A stretch of 64,000 bases of DNA from a bacterium (GTDB taxonomy: Bacteria > Omnitrophota > Gorgyraeia > Zapsychrales > Zapsychraceae). A program made the position numbers and the translations under genes. The first letter of the stretch is position 1. Each line of letters begins with the position of its first letter. The notes below the pieces were generated by a model. The model saw only the letters and a program-made list of their open reading frames with translations. It did no database searches and was not told the DNA's origin. Positions 28,162-37,566 of the stretch are shown piece by piece. The stretch spans positions 23,925 through 87,924 of the forward strand of contig JAUIER010000006.1 in the NCBI GenBank assembly GCA_030429765.1, given 5' to 3'.

Positions 28162-28962
28162 CTATACGTAAATTTCCTTTAGATTTATAACATCTTCAAA
28201 CAAGACGCTATTTAAACTTCCAAGTATTGCCTTTGCATTGTCCTTGCCACCGCAACAACCATGTTCCAAACAAATTGTCACAAAGGGCGCCCTTTTTATT
28301 ATTATCTTAATAAACTTCAAATTAGTCCATCCATTCATTTCCACGTCTTCAGCTGTTGGACTAAATTCATCCTGGTAAAAACTCCTCTGCCATGGAAAAG
28401 TCTTCCCTCTCCATGAAAACGTAAAGTAATCACAATCAATGTCTAACAAAATGGGAGCCGACCTCAAACTTTTTTTGCTCCAATCCCAACCTACTATAGA
28501 ATTGATTGGATGTTCCGAATTTACATGATCACCAAATTGTCCACGAGAAGCCAATTCTCCTTCCAAACAGGATAACCTATAGATTTTTTCCCGGTGTCGC
28601 TCTGTCCCACTTTGTGATCCCTCATGAAACGTCACACTATTGCCAACTAGCTCCACATCCGTTGCAAAGGTTAACCAATCATCATCATTCTGCCTTAATT
28701 TGGTTCTGGCAAATTCGAATACGCCATTAAAATCCTCAATAGTACTGTAAATACCCTGTATTCCAGAGTCGCACTCAACTGCGTCCATATGTGCATCAAA
28801 TCTAATCATATCAATGCCTGGAGATATTACTTCCAATTTCTGTGCTAGCCATAGAACCGGAATCACAAACCGATGGTCTTCAAAGACTATGATCGGCTTT
28901 TCATTTAGCATATAAACATTGTAGTATGAGTGATCCCTAAGCTTTTTGACAAAGTCAACCAT
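28162..28962 (-). CDS. hypothetical protein, possibly UPF0489-like, tightly coupled to hsdR
   Basis: 267-aa AT-rich ORF starting 4 nt after the hsdR stop. EKPIIVFEDHRFVIPVLW...IRFDAHMD resembles the UPF0489 N-terminus, but the family assignment is weak. Confidence 0.4.
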   Translation of the reverse strand: MVDFVKKLRDHSYYNVYMLNEKPIIVFEDHRFVIPVLWLAQKLEVISPGIDMIRFDAHMDAVECDSGIQGIYSTIEDFNGVFEFARTKLRQNDDDWLTFATDVELVGNSVTFHEGSQSGTERHREKIYRLSCLEGELASRGQFGDHVNSEHPINSIVGWDWSKKSLRSAPILLDIDCDYFTFSWRGKTFPWQRSFYQDEFSPTAEDVEMNGWTNLKFIKIIIKRAPFVTICLEHGCCGGKDNAKAILGSLNSVLFEDVINLKEIYV

Positions 28963-28966
28963 AAGA

Positions 28967-31900
28967 TTATTCCCTCTCCCCCTTAAACATCTGCAACAAA
29001 TCAAACACAACCCGTGCAAATCCCTTAGCGACTTTTGGATTGGACATGAGCTGTTTCATCTGATTTTGATGAGCATCGCTGCTGTCTAATACCGCTTCAT
29101 CAACAGCTCGGGCAAAATCACCCAGTAGGGCTTGTTCAGGCGTATTATTTGCGATTTGTTTCATGACCAACTCATTCTCACTAACCTTATCTCTAATCGT
29201 ATAGGCGTAATTAACCAAGTCTTTATCCGTTAATTGATCAGTCACGAACAATTCATTTAATCGTTCTATTATCTGGGACAAAAATTCTTCATCTTTAGAT
29301 TTAGGTTTAGCACTTCCAAATCCAGTCCCTGGTCGCAGCTTATATTCAGCAGAATCCTCCTTGGTTAACTCTAGATCCTGCTCTGAAATCTTTGAGAGAC
29401 GATAATGACTTAACTCAACACCTGACATATCTACGTCTTCGGACATATCTGTAACCTCTCGTAACATCGGACGTAAGTGTCGTGCAAACAAACTCAACAT
29501 TTCTAATGATTTGTCATCATAATCCACAATCTGAGATAAAAATTCGTATTGTCGAACATAAGTTCCTAGATCCTTCTTAAAAATATCTAATGAATCCAGA
29601 CTCTTTTGACATTCCTTCAGATTCCCATCCGCATTGGATATTTGAACATTGTCTCCTGCTTTGATAGCCTTCGCTAAATCATTTTTAGCGCCGCGATATT
29701 TTTCCATGGCCTCTAAATACCGATTGCGCCAGCGATCCACCGCAGGTTTACACACATTAATCAGTGCGGCCTGACTCTTACTCTTCTGAAAAAATGCATC
29801 ACAAAATTGTTCAACCTCGCTCCATAAAAATACTTTACTAGCCCGAAGCTTGTCAAAAATGTCGTAAATCTGATTTGGATCGGATACATCAGATAATTCC
29901 GCAGTTTTGTAGAAAGGCTTAAAAGATTCAAGGATTTCCTCAGGCTTATTCACAAAATCTAAAATATATACTCCTTGCTCCGTCTTCCCCGGATAAACCC
30001 GATTGAGGCGTGATAAGGTCTGCACACAATCCACACCGAAGAGCTTTCGATCCACGTACATAGCGCACAATTTGGGTTGGTCAAATCCCGTCTGAAATTT
30101 ATTGGCCACAATCATGACCTGAAAATGAGATGTATCAAATGCGTCGCGCATATCTCGTTTCTTTAACATCGGATTCATACTGGCTTCGGTGAATTTTTCG
30201 CCAAGCAAACCTTCGCTGTTTGGATCATTCTCGTTGAATTCAACCTCACCTGAAAAAGCCACCATCGCCTCAATCTTTGTATATCCATGTTCTGCTATAT
30301 ACTTGTCAAAACCTAACTTATAGCGCACCGCCTCTTTTCGTGATCCGGTTATGACCATGGCCTTGGCCTGTCCGCCCAACTGCGTCATTACCTTATTTTT
30401 GAAATGTTCGATAACTACCTGAACCTTTTGGGCAATATTGTAATCATGCAGCTTAACCCATTGATTGAGCTTCACCTTGGCTTTTCGTGATTCAACTTGT
30501 TGATCAGCGCTTTTGGCGCTTAAGGCCAGCTTGCGCGCGACTTCATAGTTGGTGTAGTTTTTCAACACATCGAGGATAAATCCTTCCTCTATGGCCTGTC
30601 GCATACTATAGATGTGAAATGGCGTTGGCAAATTTGCAGCTGATAGGGGTTCACTCGTATTTGGAACCCGACCAAACAATTCTAGTGTCTTTGGCTTTGG
30701 CGTGGCCGTAAAGGCAAAATAGCTTAAGTTTTTCGAGAATCGACGAGCCCCTAATGTACGTTCCAATATCTCATCAGTAGTCAACTCCTCATCACCCGTT
30801 TCCTCAATCATCAAAACTTCTTTTAGTTTTCGAGCCGTCATACCAGTTTGCGAAGAATGAGCCTCGTCCGCAATCACGGCAAAGCTTCGTTTCTTCAAAT
30901 TGACACTATTTTCAATAGCCTTTAAAACAAACGGAAATGTCTGAATCGTCACAATTATGATGGGTTGCGATGCCTCTAACGCACTCGCTAACTTTTCGGA
31001 CTTAGAACCATCTCCTTCTTTATTATTAATTCGAGCTACCACCCCATCAACATGTTCAAATTGATAAACTGTATCTTGGATTTGTGAATCCAGAACAGTT
31101 CTATCTGTCACAATGATCACCGAATCATATTGTTTACTTCCACTACCAGTATATAAACTCGACAATTGATGAGCCGTCCAAGCAATTGAATTTGATTTTC
31201 CTGACCCCGCACTATGTTGAATTAAATACTTATGCCCTGGTCCTTCGGTTCGTGCGGCATGAATTAACTTATTCACAGCATCCCATTGATGATACCTGGG
31301 AAAGATCATCGTCTCGACTTTATACTTGCGACCATCCCAGTCTTCCTTTTCTTCAATTTGGAGATGGATAAATCTAGCCAAAATGGTCATCAAATTGTCT
31401 GGTAACAATATTTCATTCCACAGGTAGTCTGTGGCATATTGACCTTGATCTGTAGGAACATCATTTCCTGCCCCACCCTCCTTCGTTCCTTTGTTAAAAG
31501 GCAGAAAATATGTATCCTCTCCCTTTAGTTGAGTCGTCATAAACACTTCATATTGACTAACGGCAAAGTGAACCAGTGCACCGCGCTTAAATGTCAACAA
31601 AGGCTCAGGCTTCTTAGCCACCGGATCTACAGGCAAACGAGTTGTTTTATATTGCTTAATCGCATTCAGAGTGGCTTGTTTAAATTCAGATTTTAGCTCC
31701 AAGGTCACAACGGGAATACCATTCACAAATAAGACCAAATCAATTCGCCACTTCTTGGCTCGAACTCCGGTTTCGACTTCATACTCGTCCGTTGCCCATG
31801 GCGAGTACACCAACTCGGGCACTACCCTGAATCGATTCTTCTTATATTTCGCCAACGTAACGGGATTCAAACCATGCTCTGGCTTAAACTGGCACAAACT

Positions 31901-32239
31901 AAAACGAGCGCCTCTATCTTTTAAGTCATGCCGCAGGACACCTAAGGTGCCGAAAGTTCTTAGCTCCTTATTTGCTGCATTGGGATCAGCTTTATTCAAC
32001 TGAGATGCCACTCGTTCTAAGAATTTTTGTTCAGTTTCTTTGGGATAAATTTTGGAAAATTTCTGCCACTGTTCATCCTGAGTCTCCTTGACAAAACCAA
32101 TCAAATCCTCAGAGTACAGAGCCAAACGCCTATCATACCCTTCAGGTTTACCCAGCTGCCATCCATTCACGATGAGCTGACTAATCATATCGTTCTGAAA
32201 AATATACTCGGTTGATTTGTCACCACCATATACGCTCAT
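28967..32239 (-). CDS. hsdR: type I restriction endonuclease subunit R (HsdR)
   Basis: HsdR N-terminal nuclease region. SF2 helicase motif I HSAGSGKSNSIAW and motif II VIADEAHSS. 1090 aa. Confidence 0.9.
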   Translation of the reverse strand: MSVYGGDKSTEYIFQNDMISQLIVNGWQLGKPEGYDRRLALYSEDLIGFVKETQDEQWQKFSKIYPKETEQKFLERVASQLNKADPNAANKELRTFGTLGVLRHDLKDRGARFSLCQFKPEHGLNPVTLAKYKKNRFRVVPELVYSPWATDEYEVETGVRAKKWRIDLVLFVNGIPVVTLELKSEFKQATLNAIKQYKTTRLPVDPVAKKPEPLLTFKRGALVHFAVSQYEVFMTTQLKGEDTYFLPFNKGTKEGGAGNDVPTDQGQYATDYLWNEILLPDNLMTILARFIHLQIEEKEDWDGRKYKVETMIFPRYHQWDAVNKLIHAARTEGPGHKYLIQHSAGSGKSNSIAWTAHQLSSLYTGSGSKQYDSVIIVTDRTVLDSQIQDTVYQFEHVDGVVARINNKEGDGSKSEKLASALEASQPIIIVTIQTFPFVLKAIENSVNLKKRSFAVIADEAHSSQTGMTARKLKEVLMIEETGDEELTTDEILERTLGARRFSKNLSYFAFTATPKPKTLELFGRVPNTSEPLSAANLPTPFHIYSMRQAIEEGFILDVLKNYTNYEVARKLALSAKSADQQVESRKAKVKLNQWVKLHDYNIAQKVQVVIEHFKNKVMTQLGGQAKAMVITGSRKEAVRYKLGFDKYIAEHGYTKIEAMVAFSGEVEFNENDPNSEGLLGEKFTEASMNPMLKKRDMRDAFDTSHFQVMIVANKFQTGFDQPKLCAMYVDRKLFGVDCVQTLSRLNRVYPGKTEQGVYILDFVNKPEEILESFKPFYKTAELSDVSDPNQIYDIFDKLRASKVFLWSEVEQFCDAFFQKSKSQAALINVCKPAVDRWRNRYLEAMEKYRGAKNDLAKAIKAGDNVQISNADGNLKECQKSLDSLDIFKKDLGTYVRQYEFLSQIVDYDDKSLEMLSLFARHLRPMLREVTDMSEDVDMSGVELSHYRLSKISEQDLELTKEDSAEYKLRPGTGFGSAKPKSKDEEFLSQIIERLNELFVTDQLTDKDLVNYAYTIRDKVSENELVMKQIANNTPEQALLGDFARAVDEAVLDSSDAHQNQMKQLMSNPKVAKGFARVVFDLLQMFKGERE

Positions 32240-33600
32240 GCGACTAATTCCTCAGATTGTTTTGTTTGCTTAGGCGGTGTCCAGCTGCGAACATCAATTT
32301 TACCTGTAACGGCTGCGACAATTAGAGCTGTACGACGCTCTCTTAGCAGCTCAATTTGATCATTTGCCCTACGCATTAAATGATCATATTTTATATCAGC
32401 CACCTCTGTATACTTAGCAATCTCATGTTGCTCCTCTATCGGTGGAACTGTCACCTTTACAGTTTTAACGTAATTGCAATTTAAATGAGGGTGCAGAGCA
32501 CCAGTTTGGATTGACTTCAAACTATGAAACCCGTAATCTGAATTAAGTAACCATGAAAGATAGAAGCCATTTATTTCGTCAGTTGTAGCAATAATTATTA
32601 GTGCGTGACAGTTACAGCCTTCAAACTCTTTAGTAACGGCAGCTACCTGTCCAATATCTCCTGTCTGAACAACTAAGACATCCCCTTCCGCAAGAATTGA
32701 TTTCTGTTTACTGTCACTCCATTCTTCACTTACAAAGTAAGGTGTATGAAAGTCGATTTTATTTTTTTTAATATGCAGTGACTGAAGATAACGAACTCCA
32801 CTGTCATAAAATATATCTCGCGTTGGACCTACATAACCATTTGTAATTTTATTACTCAAAGAAGAAATGGATGCAACGTCCCAATGCTCAGGCACTTCGC
32901 CTAACCACTCTATACCTGAGTCACGCATTGGGACGTTAGGGTTAAGCCCTTTGGTGACGGCATGACTGATCACAGCCTGGCGTTTTTCCTTTAGCAGTTT
33001 GATCAGCTGTTGTTGCTTTTCGATCAGCGTGTCGATTTTAGCGGTTTCGTGGTCGAGAAATTTAGCGATTTTTTGTTGTTCACCATAGGTAGGTTCAGGA
33101 ACCTTTATATTTACCAAGTCAGAAGCATTGATAGCTGGATAGCTAATGCCAACAGACTGCGCGACAACCGCCTTAATGAATCCGCTAGCTCTTAAACAAT
33201 AAGCAGCATATCCTTTGTGCAACAATCTATTTGGTCGAATCACAGCAAATCCTGTCGAAACAATTAGATTCTTAGGTGGGCTATTAATCGGTGAGATTGC
33301 TTCTAAATAAGTTCTAACCGTTGAAACAATTACATCACCGTCACGCACGATCCGTCGTGCACGAGAAGGAGCCTTCCCAAAAGTCATACTTTCTGTTTTC
33401 GTAATGCCTTCAGTCGCAGAGACACTTCCTATATCTACATATTCAATTTCATATTCGTAACTAACGGAATCAGCCAATACTTCATCATTATAGGTACATA
33501 AAAATTTAAGTTGCTTTGAACTCCAATGAGAAGGCGTATACCCCAACCACTCAACGCCGGAATCCCTATATTTAGAATAAGCCTGATACTTATTCGACAT
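32236..33600 (-). CDS. hsdS: type I restriction-modification specificity subunit (HsdS), two TRDs
   Basis: Two repeated target-recognition halves (GDVIVSTVRTYL / GDVLVVQTGDIG) with conserved central and C-terminal coiled regions. Overlaps hsdR by 4 nt and hsdM by 1 nt. Confidence 0.85.
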   Translation of the reverse strand: MSNKYQAYSKYRDSGVEWLGYTPSHWSSKQLKFLCTYNDEVLADSVSYEYEIEYVDIGSVSATEGITKTESMTFGKAPSRARRIVRDGDVIVSTVRTYLEAISPINSPPKNLIVSTGFAVIRPNRLLHKGYAAYCLRASGFIKAVVAQSVGISYPAINASDLVNIKVPEPTYGEQQKIAKFLDHETAKIDTLIEKQQQLIKLLKEKRQAVISHAVTKGLNPNVPMRDSGIEWLGEVPEHWDVASISSLSNKITNGYVGPTRDIFYDSGVRYLQSLHIKKNKIDFHTPYFVSEEWSDSKQKSILAEGDVLVVQTGDIGQVAAVTKEFEGCNCHALIIIATTDEINGFYLSWLLNSDYGFHSLKSIQTGALHPHLNCNYVKTVKVTVPPIEEQHEIAKYTEVADIKYDHLMRRANDQIELLRERRTALIVAAVTGKIDVRSWTPPKQTKQSEELVA

Positions 33601-35930
33601 TACGAATGTACCTCGCTTAGAAGATTCATAATCTCGGCACTCACCATATCCAAATCCGCATCAATTTCTTTCAAATCTCTTGGTGGTTCATATTGATAAA
33701 AATGGCGATTAAATGGTATCTCATATCCAATAATACCCACCTCCTGATCTTTATCATCCTTCTTGCTAGCATCAATCCAGGCATCAGGCACATGGGGTTG
33801 TACTTCTTTTTTGAAATAGGCTTCGTTTAGGTCATTTACCGATTGGCTTGGATCTAGGGCAACGTTTTCATAATCTCGCAGATCACCATCGGCTTTGTAT
33901 TCAATGATTTGTCCATCAACTTCAAATAGACCATACATCGGATTAGCTTTACCCTTGTGAACTTTTTTGATCACCTTCTCGGCATCCGGATTCTTCCAGC
34001 TCACGGCAGCGATGATTTGCTTTTTCTCTTTAGCATCTAAACTAACTCCCCGCTTTTTGCAGGCCGCTTTGAGTGTATTTTCCAACCCGTTCATATCATC
34101 GTGCTGTGCTTTCCCAATAGCCTGTTGTAACTGCTTGGCCTTGATAAGAATCTTTCTTTGCGCAACCCAAACATCCTTATCCAGCAGATTTTTAATCTGT
34201 TTTTCTTTGAGTTCACTAAAGTGGCTTTTGACATACGCACGGATTTCAACGGAATGTTCAGCCAACACACCATAGCCTTTGCAGTCTTTATCGTCTTTCC
34301 ACCCTTGCCCAAATTGTTTATACACCCACTTCATCGGCCCATTTAACGGTTTGTTGGCAAAGCGTAGTTCGGCAATACGCTCATCACTAAATTGATAGCT
34401 CTCGCGTAAAGGCCGTTCAATGGTGATACGCCGGTAACCAAATTCATGAGTGGCGAAGATTTTACTGGCAAAGGTTTTGGGGGCTTCTTTTTTTGGATTT
34501 TCCGATTGCCTACCACGATTACTTTTTTGATCAGTAGGCTTGTCTAACTCGCGGGAATCCACCACTTCAAAGGCCCCAAAGGTACGGGTTATGATGGCGA
34601 TGTCGGATTCATCCATGACATTACGTTTAGAGCCTAAAGATTTACGCATCTTGCCGTAAAGGTTAATTCCGTTAATAAGTTGCACTTTCCCTTTACGTTC
34701 TTTGGTTTTCTTATTGGAAAGAATCCATACGTAAGTTGCAATACCTGTGTTGTAAAACATATCCGTCGGTAGGGCTACGATCGCTTCCAACAAATCAGAC
34801 TCCAAGATATATCGACGTATCTCAGATTCGCCGGAACCAGCTCCACCCGTAAACAGTGGTGAACCATTTAGAATAATACCGATACGTCCTCCTCCATCCT
34901 TGCTATCACGCATTTTCTTAATGAGATGTAATAAAAACAATAGCGATCCGTCTGATACTCGTGGCAATCCAGGCCCAAAGCGTCCGTCGTATCCTTTAAT
35001 ATTATGCTCGTCTTTGATATCCGATTCGATTTTCTTCCAATCCACACCAAACGGCGGGTTGGATAACATATAATCAAACTTATCAGCGTAAAGTTGGTCA
35101 TTAGACAAAGTATTCCCCAGCTTGATATTCTCAACGTCTTGCCCTTTGATTAACATATCTGCCTTGCAGATTGCGAAACTTTCTGGATTCAATTCCTGTC
35201 CATAAGCCTTAATTACACCCTCAGGATTTAGTTCATGAACATACTCCATACCAGAAGAAAGAAAGCCCCCAGTACCAGCGGTGGGGTCGTATATTGTACG
35301 GATAATGCCTGGCTTCGTGAGAGCCTCATCATCCTCCATGAACACCAAGGAAGTCGTTAATCGGACAATATCTCGCGGGGTAAAATGCTCTCCCGCTGTT
35401 TCATTGGAACTTTCAGCAAATCTTCGAATTAACTCTTCGAATACCAACCCCATTTCATGATTTGTAATTGCTTTGGGGCTTAAGTCTGTATTCTTGACTC
35501 TTTGGACGACCTTGTATAGTAAATTAGCATCATGCAACTGACCGATAAATTCAGAAAAATTGAAGTACTCAAATATTTCGCGTGCATCACGAGAAAAGCA
35601 TTGAATATAGCTTTCCAGATTTTCTTTGATACTAGCCTCACCTAATTTAGAAAGGTCCATTTGTGAAGTATTGTAGAAGGTCAGTTTTTTACGCTTGCAA
35701 GCCTTATTCAAAAGCCACTTTTCTTCGGCTTCTTCGTTCAAGTTCATTGATTTGACCTTTTCATATTCGGCCAAAACTTTAGGTTTACTGCTCTCCAGTA
35801 CGCATTCCAGACGACGTAATAGTGTAAAAGGCAAAATAATCCGCCCATATTGACTTTGCTTGAAATCACCACGAAGCAAATCTGCCAACGACCAAATGTA
35901 CGCGGCTAGATTGTTTGTAGATTGAGCCAT
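33600..35930 (-). CDS. hsdM: type I restriction-modification DNA methyltransferase subunit (HsdM) with ~290-aa C-terminal extension
   Basis: HsdM N-terminal domain ([16 protein letters not shown]) and N6-adenine MTase motif [10 protein letters not shown]. Motif [14 protein letters not shown]. Confidence 0.9.
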   Translation of the reverse strand: MAQSTNNLAAYIWSLADLLRGDFKQSQYGRIILPFTLLRRLECVLESSKPKVLAEYEKVKSMNLNEEAEEKWLLNKACKRKKLTFYNTSQMDLSKLGEASIKENLESYIQCFSRDAREIFEYFNFSEFIGQLHDANLLYKVVQRVKNTDLSPKAITNHEMGLVFEELIRRFAESSNETAGEHFTPRDIVRLTTSLVFMEDDEALTKPGIIRTIYDPTAGTGGFLSSGMEYVHELNPEGVIKAYGQELNPESFAICKADMLIKGQDVENIKLGNTLSNDQLYADKFDYMLSNPPFGVDWKKIESDIKDEHNIKGYDGRFGPGLPRVSDGSLLFLLHLIKKMRDSKDGGGRIGIILNGSPLFTGGAGSGESEIRRYILESDLLEAIVALPTDMFYNTGIATYVWILSNKKTKERKGKVQLINGINLYGKMRKSLGSKRNVMDESDIAIITRTFGAFEVVDSRELDKPTDQKSNRGRQSENPKKEAPKTFASKIFATHEFGYRRITIERPLRESYQFSDERIAELRFANKPLNGPMKWVYKQFGQGWKDDKDCKGYGVLAEHSVEIRAYVKSHFSELKEKQIKNLLDKDVWVAQRKILIKAKQLQQAIGKAQHDDMNGLENTLKAACKKRGVSLDAKEKKQIIAAVSWKNPDAEKVIKKVHKGKANPMYGLFEVDGQIIEYKADGDLRDYENVALDPSQSVNDLNEAYFKKEVQPHVPDAWIDASKKDDKDQEVGIIGYEIPFNRHFYQYEPPRDLKEIDADLDMVSAEIMNLLSEVHS

Positions 35931-36125
35931 CCCGTGTCTTCCCCGTAGAATAATAATGTTAAATATTATCTAATTATATTAAATAGAATCTACTTAGCAA
36001 GCAATGTCTCGGATACATCAGCGGTGAACACTCTATGGGGCCCCCAAACCATATGGAACCTTAGCTCCATTCCCAATATGGGGATGGCCGGTCTCAAAAA
36101 AGGGACCCATTTTAAAAAATATATT

Positions 36126-36210
36126 TGGTGTCCATTTGGTGTCCACAGAAATGATAAATGGTAGTAAATGGTGTCTATTGGTGTCCAAAAGGCAGGATTG
36201 AAATCATACC
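36126..36210 (+). repeat. direct repeats of GGTGTCCA / TGGACACCAAA
   Basis: TTGGTGTCCATTTGGTGTCCAC...TGGTGTCTATTGGTGTCCAAAAGG. Three and a half copies, 200-280 bp upstream of the hsdM start. Confidence 0.5.
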
Positions 36211-36232
36211 CACAATCACTCAAGTGAAAGTG

Positions 36233-36556
36233 TTAATAGAAAATAAAAAAGGCTAAATCATTATTGCTTAATGACTTAGCCTTTTTAAATGAATCAGTCA
36301 CGCCCTCCCCCGTAATCAACCGCTTTTTGAGGAAGGCTCGGCCGGAGTGGGATTTTAAGTAAGTCTCAAACCTGGCCGCGACTTTATCATCCGTGAAGCA
36401 GACATGCGTTTCCAGCCGCCACGGGGCAAAACGTCTGGTGTAAGCTGATTTAGAGGGATTCTGATGTTGTTTAAGGCGTCGTTCAAGATTATCCGTTAGC
36501 CCGATGTAAAATTTGTCCGGATGCAAAATACTTCGCAGGATATAGACATATTTCAT
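36233..36556 (-). CDS. GIY-YIG nuclease family protein (COG2827-like)
   Basis: MKYVYILRSILHPDKFYIGLTDNLERRLKQHQN is the canonical GIY-YIG N-terminus. Confidence 0.8.
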   Translation of the reverse strand: MKYVYILRSILHPDKFYIGLTDNLERRLKQHQNPSKSAYTRRFAPWRLETHVCFTDDKVAARFETYLKSHSGRAFLKKRLITGEGVTDSFKKAKSLSNNDLAFFIFY

Positions 36557-36568
36557 TTGTCTCCTCGG

Positions 36569-36689
36569 AGGGAAATCGATGTGATTGGGGGAAATAGGTT
36601 AATGACCCGGCTTCGTTGACTGTGGGGACGTTCAACTTCGCCGGACTACAGTCTTCGTTGACTGCGGATAATTAAAAAACCTGGCTCAG
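36569..36689 (+). repeat. direct repeat copy 1 (~120 bp, GIY-YIG leader)
   Basis: GGGAAATCGATGTGATTGGGGGAAATAGGTTAA..CGGCTTCGTTGA.TGTGGGGACGTTCAACTTCGCCGGACTACAGTCTTCGTTGACTGCGGATAA. Nearly identical to the copy at 36849. Confidence 0.8.
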
Positions 36690-36759
36690 CCAAACAGAAG
36701 CTAGACCAAACTCCAACACAAAAGCACAAGAATGGGCCTCATGATGATGTGAACTTCGG

Positions 36760-36834
36760 TCTACATGTATTTACGTAACACTGTCCAACCGATTCCAGAT
36801 AATCGCGTGGATGGATACTCAAATATTTATGCAT
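36760..36834 (-). pseudogene. truncated duplicate of the GIY-YIG gene N-terminus
   Basis: Follows a second copy of the ~120-bp leader. Encodes MHKYLSIHPRDYLESVGQ..., similar to MKYVYILRSILHPDKFYIG, then an early stop. Confidence 0.25.
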
Positions 36835-36848
36835 ATGCTTACCTAAGG

Positions 36849-36969
36849 CGGGAAATCGATGTGATTGGGGGAAATAGGTTAACGGCCCGGCTTCGTTGAA
36901 TGTGGGGACGTTCAACTTCGCCGGACTACAGTCTTCGTTGACTGCGGATAAACAAAAACCTGGCTCCTC
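36849..36969 (+). repeat. direct repeat copy 2 (~120 bp)
   Basis: Same sequence as copy 1 with 3-4 mismatches. The repeat period is ~280 bp. Confidence 0.8.
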
Positions 36970-36984
36970 GAACGAGGAGCCAGG
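36959..36984 (-). terminator. intrinsic terminator of tRNA-Asp
   Basis: Perfect hairpin CCTGGCTCCTCG-AACG-AGGAGCCAGG. On the minus strand it is followed by TTTTTGTTT. It lies ~35 nt 3' of the tRNA. Confidence 0.5.
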
Positions 36985-37018
36985 CGAAGTTCCAACACGA
37001 AAGTTTTGGAACGAAGAC

Positions 37019-37096
37019 TGGCGGGGTTGACCGGATTTGAACCGGCGACCTCCTGCGTGACAGGCAGGCGTTCTAACCAAACTGAACTACAACCCC
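37019..37096 (-). tRNA. tRNA-Asp: tRNA-Asp (anticodon GUC)
   Basis: Minus strand reads GGGGTTGTAGTTCAGTTTGGTTAGAACGCCTGCCTGTCACGCAGGAGGTCGCCGGTTCAAATCCGGTCAACCCCGCCA. It has an acceptor stem, D-loop AGTTTGGTTAGAAC, anticodon loop CTGTCAC, T-loop GGTTCAAATCC and an encoded CCA. Confidence 0.85.
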
Positions 37097-37332
37097 ATGT
37101 TTCTGCAAATTTATACCGGGAAACATGGGGTTAGTCCCACGTTACTGTTGCCTCGCAATCGTAACCGGGGGAACCCTTCCGCGTCCCTAAAATCAAATCG
37201 GGAATTTTTTTAACTTCAGATACCCGTGAAATTCAAGCCGAAAAATCAGCCGTAAAACCTCAATAGACTGACTATTATACATAAAATTGTTTTGGAGTAA
37301 ACTGTTTTTTTCGGCTGAATTTGAGGCCGGAA

Positions 37333-37492
37333 TTTAGTTGTCTACGGCGTCATCAACCGCTTTTCCGACGTTTTTGAGGGCCTTATCGGCATCCGAGCCC
37401 ATTTGCTCTAACGGTCCTTTTTTCTCGCATCCGATCAATGTTGCGGATACCGCCAGCAAAACCACTACAAATAATGCTGTAAATCGTTTCAT
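37333..37492 (-). pseudogene. small entericidin-like lipoprotein gene, apparently frameshifted
   Basis: GGAGG RBS and signal peptide MKRFTALFVVVLLAVSA in one frame. Lipobox and mature part (TLIGCEKKGPLEQMGSDADKALKNVGKAVDDAVDN) continue in the -1 frame across a homopolymer run at 37439-37441. Confidence 0.25.
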
Positions 37493-37566
37493 ATCTCACC
37501 TCCTGTATTCGTGCTTGATCGACGTTTAGGCCTGTAGTTTAGCAAAAATTCGTGTCGGGTCAATGC

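Noticed and set aside
35990-36223. 77-aa ORF in the spacer between hsdM and the GIY-YIG gene
   Set aside because: It covers the GGTGTCCA repeat array. No RBS. Likely non-coding regulatory DNA.
36739-37080. 113-aa ORF overlapping the direct repeat and tRNA-Asp
   Set aside because: It overlaps a tRNA gene and its terminator. No RBS. Repeat-derived.
22957-37100. Looked for an integrase or recombinase flanking the tRNA-Asp island
   Set aside because: None found. The only transposase is the IS30 at 14.9 kb and the only site-specific-recombination-like motif is the Xis-type HTH protein at 46.8 kb. The island is therefore not called an integrative element.
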